From positions 1,560 through 65,559 of the forward strand of contig JBGTEX010000034.1 of assembly GCA_041747575.1 (NCBI GenBank): a stretch of 64,000 nucleotides of DNA. The letters run 5' to 3'. How positions within the stretch are numbered: the stretch's first letter is position 1; each line of letters starts with the position of its first letter. The stretch comes from Pyrinomonadaceae bacterium. GTDB taxonomy: Bacteria; Acidobacteriota; Blastocatellia; Pyrinomonadales; Pyrinomonadaceae. The position numbers were made by a program, and so were the translations under genes. Below, in pieces: positions 1 through 8,375 of the stretch. The notes below the pieces were generated by a model that ran no database searches, had not been told where the DNA came from, and saw only the letters and a list, made by a program, of their open reading frames with translations.

Positions 1-300
1 GCGGGCGTCCGTGTTGGCCGCCAGACCCTTACGGACAGTATCGCCGGAAATGTCGGCCGGTGAGGCGCTCGATTTTGTTTCGCGGACAGGGACGTCTGCG
101 TCCCATCTGAATTTGGCGATCCAGCCGGGGCCGCGTCCGCGTCCGGTCTTGCGTGCGTAGAGATTTCGGCGCGAAAATCGCGGCCAGCCCTTCGCACGCA
201 TCTCCCGCTCGATCAGATCGTGCCGCCGGCCTCCGTATTTTACATATAACGCACGACACACGTCGATTTTTTCTTGCTCTGAAAGGTTTTTTGATAACAT
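1..300 (-). CDS. hypothetical basic protein, N-terminal 100 aa only (ORF runs off the left edge)
   Basis: Absent from the ORF track because there is no stop in the window. My reverse-complement translation from the ATG at 300..298 reads MLSKNLSEQEKIDVCRALYVKYGGRRHDLIEREMRAKGWPRFSRRNLYARKTGRGRGPGWIAKFRWDADVPVRETKSS... and stays open to position 1. Family not recognised. Confidence 0.35.
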   Translation of the reverse strand, partial: MLSKNLSEQEKIDVCRALYVKYGGRRHDLIEREMRAKGWPRFSRRNLYARKTGRGRGPGWIAKFRWDADVPVRETKSSASPADISGDTVRKGLAANTDAR

Positions 301-405
301 TTTTAATCTCATGATCCCGCGATAGGAAAAATTCGGCCCGAAGATCAAATGAATGCGTCGCGGCGGTCTTTCAACCGTCTCTTTCGCGGCTCGCCGCTCT
401 ATTTG

Positions 406-425
406 CGGAGAAGCTTGCTTCTCCG
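406..425. promoter_or_regulatory. inverted repeat CGGAGAAGC-TT-GCTTCTCCG in a divergent intergenic spacer
   Basis: Perfect 9-bp arms read directly from the sequence. It lies in the 467-bp ORF-free spacer between the leftward ORF (1..300) and the rightward ORF (768..1019). An operator or hairpin role is inferred only. Confidence 0.3.
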
Positions 426-767
426 TAGTGGTGCAAATTAAATCTCCGCGGCTTGCCGCCGCTTCAACGGAAATCGCCTTGACGTTTCACGGATTTTTTT
501 TTCGCCTTCGTTTATGAGAACTTGCATCTGCGATAATCATATGATATATTCCAACAGTCGGATGATATGTTTTTATTTTCATCCGTCACATATCGACACT
601 AAACCATATAGACGGCAAAGGGAATGGCAAAATGCGTAGAATAAATGAAAATGCACTTAACTGCATACTTTTCGCAAAAATGCACAGTTTGCACACTCCT
701 GCGTCCGGTAACCATTTTTTCCCGCAAATCGCGGCCTTAAATTCAACAAAACTTACACATAACACAA

Positions 768-1019
768 ATGACCACCATACAACGAACATTGGATTTAATA
801 GCGCGGCCCAAACTCCGCATCTCTGAGGTAGAACGCCTTATTCGCATCAACCGCATCATCGTCCCGCCGCTTTCGCGCCGCACTCTGCTTGGCATGTGCG
901 AAGACGGCACGCTCGCACACGCACCCCGCCGCTCCGCAAAAGCGACATATTTGATCTACGAAGATTCATTCCTCGATTGGGTCAGAGACCTCGACGGCAA
1001 AGTAGAACCCAACACATAA
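768..1019 (+). CDS. small DNA-binding protein, excisionase/MerR-like HTH (putative)
   Basis: 83-aa ORF. The central segment ISEVERLIRINRIIVPPLSRRTLLGMCEDGTL resembles HTH_17/excisionase-type helix-turn-helix proteins (compare ...VSRRTLYRLIRSGEL...). Weak, pattern-level similarity only. Confidence 0.35.
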   Translation: MTTIQRTLDLIARPKLRISEVERLIRINRIIVPPLSRRTLLGMCEDGTLAHAPRRSAKATYLIYEDSFLDWVRDLDGKVEPNT

Positions 1020-1208
1020 GCCACAAACCCGCATCGAGCAAGTTTTTTGACGAGGATGTCTTCAAAAGTCAGGATTTTTGATTTTAGCACCGGAGGGGCG
1101 AAATATTTGTAGAACCCGACTCAAAAAAAGTTAAGTAGAGGCGAAGACTGGCGCGGAACGGGAGGCTCCGTTTCCAGTCTCCGACTCTACTAAAGTTCCG
1201 TATGAGCG

Positions 1209-1329
1209 ATTTCTACAGAGAAATGCTAAGTTTTCCGATAGTCGCAGCCCGTAGGATGTCTGTAGAAATATTTGACAAAAACACGCTCGTGCGGCGTTAC
1301 AGCCGGTATCAGCCTCGCAAAAACGATTG
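1209..1329. repeat. intergenic repeat, copy A (downstream of the S41 peptidase gene)
   Basis: ATTTCTACAGAGAAATGCTAAGTTTTCCGATAGTCGCAG-CCCGTAGGATGTCTGTAGAAATATTTGACAAAAACACGCTCGTGC...GCAAAAACGATTG aligns with 2764..2880. It has an internal inverted repeat, ATTTCTACAGA / TCTGTAGAAAT. Confidence 0.7.
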
Positions 1330-1344
1330 TTTAATTCGATCTTT

Positions 1345-2712
1345 TTAGTTGTCCCCGTCGTCAACGACTGGTTCGTCATCTTCGTCCTCGGCTCTTTTTG
1401 CCAGAAAGTGAAGTTTTCCAGCTGCTTCTTCAGTCATATTAGCACCTAACATTCGAACCGAATAAGCCAAAACCGGATCGGTTGCTTGAAAAATGGCAGC
1501 GGCTGCCGGCCCGATCGGATAATCAGGAATTACACCGACATTCTCGAGTCTGTTTCCGTCGCTCATCACCAAATCAGCGACCGTAACATTTAAGGCGAAA
1601 AATGAAAGTGTCTCATAGCCGGGAACGCCGCGGGTGTTTGCCATCGAGATATAGTTGCTGGTCATCACCGCTCCGGCGCTAACATCACCTACGATCTTTC
1701 CGCGTTTTTCAATCTGTATAACCCGAGCAAAAACTTCGGACGCCGATGCTGAATTGCTGTCGATCAAAACGACAAGTTCACCATTGAACACCTTTTTCTT
1801 TTGCGTTTTAGCGATTACTTCCCTGGTTTTACCCCGCGTTATAAAATCACCAATTTTAACGTCGCGGTCAAAAAAGTGTCCTGTCAGATATTCTTCGATT
1901 TTGACGTAGCCGCCGCCGTTTCCACGAAGGTCAAGTACAAGCTTTTTATAATTATTGGCCTCCTTCATCATTTGATCAATAAATTTCTTGTCAATCGAGA
2001 AGGTCTCCAGCCGACACGCTATCACGTCCGCATTGGCCTGCTGGCATTTGTACGGATTTTCAACTTTTTGCTTCCGATTTTTTTCGGCTTCTTTTTCGCG
2101 TTCTTTAATAGACTTAAACTTTGATTTGACCTCAATCTCGCGTTCAGCCTGACCGGGATTTTGGATATAGAGCTTCACGCTCGCCTGCGGATCGAGAGCG
2201 TAGAGTATGTAATTCATCTTCCATAAGTTGTCGCGGGTGGGTGCAAAGTTGCCGATACCAGTAATCAGGTCTCCGGCTTTTAAGCCTTTAACCTCGGCAT
2301 CGCTTCCCTTTTTGACATCGACCACGAAGCAATTATTGCCGATCATCTGGGTTGAAAATCCGTATTCAACCCGATTTGCCCGGCCTGGCGGATAAAATCT
2401 GGTGTGCGAATCATTAAATTCGGTCACGACCTGTGCGATCGTTCTAAAAATCTGCCAGTTCGTATCCTGCGTTTTGATTCGCTCCTCGGCAATTTTGAAC
2501 CGCGCATTCAAATCAATTCCGCGGAAATTCTTGTCATAATATCTCTCCTTGATCACACTCTTGATCTCGTTAAGCATATTGCGGCCATTCTGCCGTTTTA
2601 ACTTGATGCTTGTCGAACCTTCGACTGCATCAATTCTTATCTGGGCATTTATTGAAATACCCAAGAAAATTGATAAAAATAGTAAAATGAAAAACTTTCT
2701 TTTGTAACTCAT
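1345..2712 (-). CDS. S41 family C-terminal processing (tail-specific) peptidase with PDZ domain
   Basis: 455-aa ORF with signal-like N-terminus MSYKRKFFILLFLSIFLGISINA, PDZ-like VKGLKAGDLITGIGNF, and an S41 catalytic-Ser region ELVVLIDSNSASASEVFARVIQ. Confidence 0.85.
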   Translation of the reverse strand: MSYKRKFFILLFLSIFLGISINAQIRIDAVEGSTSIKLKRQNGRNMLNEIKSVIKERYYDKNFRGIDLNARFKIAEERIKTQDTNWQIFRTIAQVVTEFNDSHTRFYPPGRANRVEYGFSTQMIGNNCFVVDVKKGSDAEVKGLKAGDLITGIGNFAPTRDNLWKMNYILYALDPQASVKLYIQNPGQAEREIEVKSKFKSIKEREKEAEKNRKQKVENPYKCQQANADVIACRLETFSIDKKFIDQMMKEANNYKKLVLDLRGNGGGYVKIEEYLTGHFFDRDVKIGDFITRGKTREVIAKTQKKKVFNGELVVLIDSNSASASEVFARVIQIEKRGKIVGDVSAGAVMTSNYISMANTRGVPGYETLSFFALNVTVADLVMSDGNRLENVGVIPDYPIGPAAAAIFQATDPVLAYSVRMLGANMTEEAAGKLHFLAKRAEDEDDEPVVDDGDN

Positions 2713-2763
2713 CTTTAAAGCTCCTGATTTTTTCTTGCAAATAAAGTCAAAATATCCTAACGT

Positions 2764-2880
2764 ATTTCTACAGCAAAATGCAAAGTTTTCCGATAGTCGC
2801 AGAACGTCGCAACCCGTAGGATATTTCTAGAAAAATGGACAAAAACACGCTCGTGCCAACCATTGCAAAAAAAGCGATTG
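2764..2880. repeat. intergenic repeat, copy B (between the BNR-protein gene and the S41 peptidase gene)
   Basis: ATTTCTACAGCAAAATGCAAAGTTTTCCGATAGTCGCAGAACGTCGCAACCCGTAGGATATTTCTAGAAAAATGGACAAAAACACGCTCGTGCC...GCAAAAAAAGCGATTG. Collinear with copy A, with an 11-nt insertion and a deletion. Confidence 0.7.
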
Positions 2881-2913
2881 CGTTTTAGGACGTTACCGCG
2901 GCGCGGCCTAATA

Positions 2914-5900
2914 TCATTTTAGAGGCTCGATACTCTTTCCCGGGAAGATGGGAGCGAGGCCGTTTTTTTGCAGCATCTTATTAAATTCGGCGGTTTCATT
3001 CGAGACAAATCTGTTGATCAATGCGATCTTATTTGGAAATTCCATTCGCAGTAACTCGTAATTTTCCTTCATCGTCGGGGTCGGGGCAAAATTTCCGCCA
3101 TTGATGGTCGAGTATAAACCGCTTAGCTGATCGGCGAATTTGCTTGGCGAGCGGATGCCGTCTTCGGGGTTTGTCGCAAGTTCGTCGAGCAGATCACTGA
3201 GGCGTTTTTTATAATCCGCGATCGCCTTTGTCAGATCGGCCGGGACTTCCGCAAGGCGTTCTTTGGCAACCTGTTCAGACTGATCGGTTTGCAGTTTGAG
3301 GCTGTCTAGCTGACGAAGCCCGTCATTCATAATAGATTGCAAATCCCGAAGTTTCAGGGCCAGGTCGAACTGTGCCTGAAGATCGGCTGGCGAAATCTGC
3401 ACGGTCGGGTCGATCAACACTTCGACCTTGTTTTCCGCCAACATTTTGTCGCCAACAAATAATTTTACGGTGTAAACACCCGGCAGCACCTGGGGCCCGC
3501 GCGGCGGGCCCTGGAATTCGAGCTGCTCCGGTGTCGGCGGACGACGCGGACGGGCACCGTCCTGGCTGAGGTTCCAGGCCGTTCGGTTCAGGCCTTTTTC
3601 CTTTGGCAGATTTTTTAGTTCGACAATCAACTTGTTTCCGGTATCAAATATCTGCATTTTGACCGTCGTTTTTTCGTCCGGTTTGGCTTTTAAGAAATAA
3701 GTCAGAAGGGCGCCGCCAGCCGGATTTGTTCCGCGAAAAGGTTTGTCACCGATCCCGTAGCGGGTCATTCGGGTTGCGAAACGATATGACGGGCGAGCTT
3801 CAAATAATGCCGCGTCCTGCTGCATAATATTTGAGTTTAATTTCTGTATCGACGTCGCATCGTCAAAAACCCAAATGCTGCGCCCGTGTGTGCCGAGTAT
3901 CAGATCATTGTCACGCGGGTGGATCAGGATATCGTGAATCGCGACCCGCGGCAGATTTTTCATATTCAATTCCATCCAAACCTTTCCTCCGTCATGGCTG
4001 GCGTAAAGGCCAAGCTCGGTTCCGGCATACAGCAGATTTGGATTTTTCGGGTCTTCGCGAACAACGTGGACATAGGATTTTTCAGGCAGATTTCCGGTTA
4101 TGTTTGTAAAATTCTTACCGCCGTCGGTGGTTTTGAAAACGTAGGGTTTGTAGTCGTCAAACTTATGACGGTCAAATGCGACGTATGCCGTATCAGCCCC
4201 GGTCCGTGAAAGCTCGATATGTGAAATGGACGAATCAACGGGAACGCCTTTAAAATTCTTTATAATATTGGTCCAGTTTTTGCCGCCGTCGGATGTTGTT
4301 TGCAGATGACCGTCATCGGTGCCGACCCAGATCATATCGCGTTTTATCGGCGATTCCGCAAGGCTGATGATCGTTTCAAAGTATTCGGCCGATGTGTTTT
4401 CGGTAAAGACCGGGCCGCCGGCGGTTTTTAGACGTTCGGGATTTTTGGTAGTCAGATCATCGCTTATCCGCGTCCACGTGCGGCCAAAATCGGTCGATTT
4501 GAATACCGAGCTGCCGGCCAGATAGACGGTGTTTTTGTCGTGCGGCGACAGGATCAGGGGAGCATTCCAGTTAAAACGCTCTTTATCATTCTCGGCCGCA
4601 CCGCCGACGCCAAAAAACGGTACAACGAGCTGCTGCTCACGGTTTTTCATATCCGTACGAACGACATTTCCGCCCTGCGATTCGGTCAGAAACACATCTG
4701 AATTGTCCGGATGTGCGATAGCGAAAAACCCGTCACCAAAGCTGATCATCCGCCAATCGTCATTCAGAATGCCGGACGGCTCACGATTGCGTGACGGCCC
4801 GACCCACGTTCCATTGTCCTGCAGCCCGCCCGAGATGTTGTAAAAAGGCGTAGCGTTATCAACAAAGATCTGATAAAACTGGCCGGCCGCAAAATTATTG
4901 ACATACTCCCAACTGTCACCCTCGTCGGTCGAGACGCCGACGCCGCCATCCTGTCCGTGCCACATCCGTTTCGGATTTAAGGGATCGATCCAGAGAGCGT
5001 GAAAATCTATATGCGCCGTTGGCGCTATGCGGGCAAAATTTCGCCCGCCGTCCAGTGACTTAAATAACGGTGAGGCGACCGCATAAACCTTGTTTTCATC
5101 GGTCGGATCGACCTTGATCGTTGTGTAATAAAATCCGCGCCCAACGATATTCTGGTTTTTATAAACCTGCCGGAAAGTTTCGCCCTTGTCGTCGGAGCGG
5201 TAAAGTGTGCCTTCTTTCGCCTCAAGGATCGCATAGACGACATTCGGATTGCTCGCCGCCACCGACAAACCTATTCGTCCGATCAATTTTGGCAACCCCT
5301 TTTCGATCTTGTTCCAGGTGCGTCCGCCGTCGATCGAGCGAAAAATACCGCCCTTTTCCGAACCGCTTGTAAACGTCCAGGGCTTTCGTTCAAACCGCCA
5401 CACACCGGCATACAAAATATTCGGATTTTGCGGGTCGATCTCGAGATCGGAAATGCCGTGCAGATTATCGATATACAAGGTTTTCTGCCATGTCTTGCCG
5501 CCGTCCGTGGTCATAAAGACGCCGCGTTCCTCATTAGGCCCCCAGGCGTGGCCGACCGCCGCAACATAGACGATATCCGGATCTTTTGAGCTGATGACGA
5601 TCTTTGAGATGGTGTTCGTGTCGCGTAACCCGAGATTTTTCCAAGTCTTGCCGCCGTCGGTCGATCGGTAAACGCCGTCGCCAAATGAAACCGAATTTCG
5701 CACATTCGATTCGCCCGTCCCGACCCAGATTACGTCCGGATTGCCTGGTTCGAGGGCAATGTCGCCGACCGAGATCGTCGTCTGCCGGTCAAATATCGGC
5801 GTCCAGCTTATACCGCCGTTAACCGTCTTAAAAATGCCGCCCGAGCCGGTCGCAACGTAAACGATATTCGGATTTCCCGGTACGCCTTCGACGTCCGCAA

Positions 5901-6057
5901 CGCGCCCGCCCATATTGGCCGGCCCTATGCTCCGCCACGATAAATTGGCCATAGCCGACTCCATCGGCGAAAGCGCGGGCTGCGCTGCAGCAAACGCACT
6001 AAAAACAAACACCAACAGGCACACGCCTAACGAAACTCTAAATCGATTATTTATCAT
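2914..6057 (-). CDS. secreted BNR/Asp-box repeat protein (sortilin/VPS10-type glycosyl-hydrolase-like beta-propellers)
   Basis: 1047-aa ORF with a signal peptide and about 10 Asp-box motifs (STDGGKTW, TTDGGKTW, SIDGGRTW, SDDKGETF, SLDGGRNF, STDEGDSW, STDFGRTW, TSDGGKNW, TTDGGKNF, SHDGGKVW). Confidence 0.8.
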   Translation of the reverse strand: MINNRFRVSLGVCLLVFVFSAFAAAQPALSPMESAMANLSWRSIGPANMGGRVADVEGVPGNPNIVYVATGSGGIFKTVNGGISWTPIFDRQTTISVGDIALEPGNPDVIWVGTGESNVRNSVSFGDGVYRSTDGGKTWKNLGLRDTNTISKIVISSKDPDIVYVAAVGHAWGPNEERGVFMTTDGGKTWQKTLYIDNLHGISDLEIDPQNPNILYAGVWRFERKPWTFTSGSEKGGIFRSIDGGRTWNKIEKGLPKLIGRIGLSVAASNPNVVYAILEAKEGTLYRSDDKGETFRQVYKNQNIVGRGFYYTTIKVDPTDENKVYAVASPLFKSLDGGRNFARIAPTAHIDFHALWIDPLNPKRMWHGQDGGVGVSTDEGDSWEYVNNFAAGQFYQIFVDNATPFYNISGGLQDNGTWVGPSRNREPSGILNDDWRMISFGDGFFAIAHPDNSDVFLTESQGGNVVRTDMKNREQQLVVPFFGVGGAAENDKERFNWNAPLILSPHDKNTVYLAGSSVFKSTDFGRTWTRISDDLTTKNPERLKTAGGPVFTENTSAEYFETIISLAESPIKRDMIWVGTDDGHLQTTSDGGKNWTNIIKNFKGVPVDSSISHIELSRTGADTAYVAFDRHKFDDYKPYVFKTTDGGKNFTNITGNLPEKSYVHVVREDPKNPNLLYAGTELGLYASHDGGKVWMELNMKNLPRVAIHDILIHPRDNDLILGTHGRSIWVFDDATSIQKLNSNIMQQDAALFEARPSYRFATRMTRYGIGDKPFRGTNPAGGALLTYFLKAKPDEKTTVKMQIFDTGNKLIVELKNLPKEKGLNRTAWNLSQDGARPRRPPTPEQLEFQGPPRGPQVLPGVYTVKLFVGDKMLAENKVEVLIDPTVQISPADLQAQFDLALKLRDLQSIMNDGLRQLDSLKLQTDQSEQVAKERLAEVPADLTKAIADYKKRLSDLLDELATNPEDGIRSPSKFADQLSGLYSTINGGNFAPTPTMKENYELLRMEFPNKIALINRFVSNETAEFNKMLQKNGLAPIFPGKSIEPLK

Positions 6058-6643
6058 TCGGATTCCTCAAGAGAGATAAGATTTGAAATGCTTTAGTTTA
6101 ATAATACGCTAAAAACCCGAAAAGGTTACAGGCTAAAAATCAAAAAATGCCGATAAAAGCCGATTCCACAAAGTATATCCGGAATTCTCTGACGGTTCGC
6201 CCATTGGAACAAATGCTGATAGTACGAGATTGATAAGAGGATATCGAGAAGGTGCGGTCTTGTTTAAAGCTGTGATGCGAGATGAGTACCTGCAAAACGG
6301 GAAGACCATTATAACCGTCGTTACTCGCTTGCAGGACAACGTCACCAGCGACGACCAGAGTTCCTGGACCTTCAGTCAACGACAAGGAGCAGATGCTTAT
6401 CGCAGATTCCTCCTGGAGCAATCCCAGAAAGTTGGTCCACGAGATGGGGTTGTGTGGGCAGCCGCTTGTTTTGACGTGAGTAAAATAAAATAACCTTGAC
6501 AACGTTTAATTTTAGGCAGAAAATAGGAGATGAATTTATAATAGGACGCAAGCTGGCGTATGAACAACGACGACGGATAGTAACTGACTCGATTCTCACA
6601 TTTGTGTCACGGATAGTCGTAGACAAATAGAAGCGGAAATATT

Positions 6644-7315
6644 ATGTCTAAGAATAAAAGAGAGTGGCTTCTGGTTGGAGCTGTAGCTGTATTTACCGGG
6701 GTGTTTGTCTTCATCACATCGCTAAATCAAAACGTCCAAAGCCAGTCGGATAACAAACAAGCCCGAGACGTTTCGGAACATGAATCCCAGTTTCCGGTTG
6801 CGGAATAAAACGCACCTCTCGAAAGAGATGCAGCAGAGCTCGCGAAAAGAACCTTAAAAAGCGCCCGTTATGAAAATTTGCGTCTTGTTGTCGCCGTGCC
6901 TCAGCCCGATGCCTATTCGGATATTCTCCACGAACACAGTGTCACCCCACCCATACCGGTCGAGGAAAGTCTCGCGATCGTTCGAGGGAAAGTCTCCGAT
7001 ACAGTGGCACATTTATCGACCGACAAGCGTGCCGTCTATTCGGAATTCTCGGTAGATGTTGAAGAGGTTTTTAAGGGTTCAGAGATTTCTAAGCGAGCTA
7101 AGATTAAATGCGACCGGCTAGGAGGCTTTGTATTGTGTCCTGGTGGGAAGAAAGTTCTCTATGAGGTCGCGGGAAAAGGGATGCCGCGTTCCGGCAAAAG
7201 CTATTTCCTATTTCTGGCAAAGCCGGACAATAGCACTAACTATAAAATTCTCACGGGATATGAGATTTCAAGCGAAAATATAATTCCTCTTGATGTGACA
7301 GGACAGGAATATTAA
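6644..7315 (+). pseudogene. secreted hypothetical protein, paralog 1, interrupted by an in-frame TAA (6806..6808)
   Basis: A short ORF at 6644..6808 (MSKNKREWLLVGAVAVFTGVFVFITSL..., signal/TM-like) is in the same frame as track ORF 6878..7315. Only the TAA separates them. The downstream part is paralogous to 7583..8374 (ESLAIVRGKVSDTVAHLSTDKRAVYSEFSVDV vs SDLVLIGKVTTVVANLSPDGTTIYSEFGLDI). It could instead be an intact shorter CDS at 6878..7315. Confidence 0.5.
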
Positions 7316-7382
7316 GGGAATAGCGTCACGGATTTTATCCGAATGTTAAAGGCCGGCTTTCGTGATCGGAATCCATGAAACC

Positions 7383-7535
7383 ATGTTGAAGACAAGTAAA
7401 AAGTTCGCGAAAAAGAAAATGACTGATCTTAATACGAGCAATCTCGAAGCAGCCATGAAAACGATCGAGGGAACGGCAAAGAGCATGGGAGTTAACCGTA
7501 GAATAGTAATCGCGAGCCGGGCTTACATTCGTTAA
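7383..7535 (+). pseudogene. ribosomal protein L11 (RplK) C-terminal fragment
   Basis: 50-codon ORF, too short for the track: [42 protein letters not shown]... This matches the conserved L11 C-terminus pattern ...IAKxKMPDLNxxDLEAAxxMIxGTARSMGVxV. Full-length L11 is about 140 aa. Confidence 0.55.
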
Positions 7536-7582
7536 AGCTAAACGAATTTGTGCTGGCGATACTATCGGCGTTGGAGAAATTT

Positions 7583-8374
7583 ATGATAGTTAAAACATCA
7601 CTCGAATTCTTATTGACGTTGCTATTTCTAGGTATTTCAATTCCAGACTCGGTATTTTCAAGTCTCGACCAGAACTCTTATCCATCTCAACATGATAAAT
7701 CTTTTCAGGATATCGATGTGGGACATTGGCCGGTTCTTGACCTGAGTAGTGAGGAGAGTCTGAGCCGTTCGAATGCTGCAAGAGATAAACAAGGGCTCAA
7801 ATATAACGTATCGGCATCTGGGATGGAGGTCTCAGATCTTGTCCTGAGTGAAGAGAGTCGATCCGTGCTTTTCGCGTTGCCAAGCTCCCACGAAATGATC
7901 GCCCAGGCCTTTCCTGTTTCTGAGAGCGATCTCGTCCTTATTGGAAAGGTTACAACTGTCGTAGCTAATCTTTCACCAGACGGGACGACGATTTATTCTG
8001 AATTTGGTTTGGATATAGGTAGGATATTAAAGGCTCCCACGAGCAAATCTATTAGGAAGATCATCATTGAACGCCGTGGAGGAGTACTACTGTTACTATC
8101 CGGTAAAACGGTATTTCGTCCGGATGTTTTGGGCCGTAATCCGCTTAGGATTGGAAATTCGTACCTATGCTTTCTGCGAATCGACCATCGGGATGGCAGT
8201 CATTACCTTATTACGGCATATAGATTAGAAAATGAAGCTCTTTTTCCGGTAGATCGTTCTCCGAAAGATCATAACTTCAAAGTCTATAGCGAATACGAAC
8301 GTAATAACGGTAAGGAATTGAAAGTGTTTATCAAAGAGTTTGGCTCTGCTCTCCGCAATGACTTGGGGGTATAA
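7583..8374 (+). CDS. secreted hypothetical protein, paralog 2
   Basis: Track ORF 7550..8374. I prefer the ATG at 7583 (MIVKTSLEFLLTLLFLGISIP, signal-like), which follows GGAG. Paralogous to 6878..7315. Visibly AT-rich. Confidence 0.6.
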   Translation: MIVKTSLEFLLTLLFLGISIPDSVFSSLDQNSYPSQHDKSFQDIDVGHWPVLDLSSEESLSRSNAARDKQGLKYNVSASGMEVSDLVLSEESRSVLFALPSSHEMIAQAFPVSESDLVLIGKVTTVVANLSPDGTTIYSEFGLDIGRILKAPTSKSIRKIIIERRGGVLLLLSGKTVFRPDVLGRNPLRIGNSYLCFLRIDHRDGSHYLITAYRLENEALFPVDRSPKDHNFKVYSEYERNNGKELKVFIKEFGSALRNDLGV

Positions 8375-8375
8375 G

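Noticed and set aside
6133-6502. Mutually overlapping ORFs 6140..6502 (-), 6133..6345 (-) and 6230..6493 (+)
   Set aside because: No recognisable motifs, RBS or start context favour any of them, and they exclude each other. I treated the region as non-coding or decayed and describe it only as part of the AT-rich patch.
6806-6808. Alternative genetic code or stop-codon reassignment as the explanation for the in-frame TAA
   Set aside because: TAA, TAG and TGA all terminate well-conserved genes in this window at the expected positions (for example sdhA, lon, rho, hfq), so a reassigned code is not supported.
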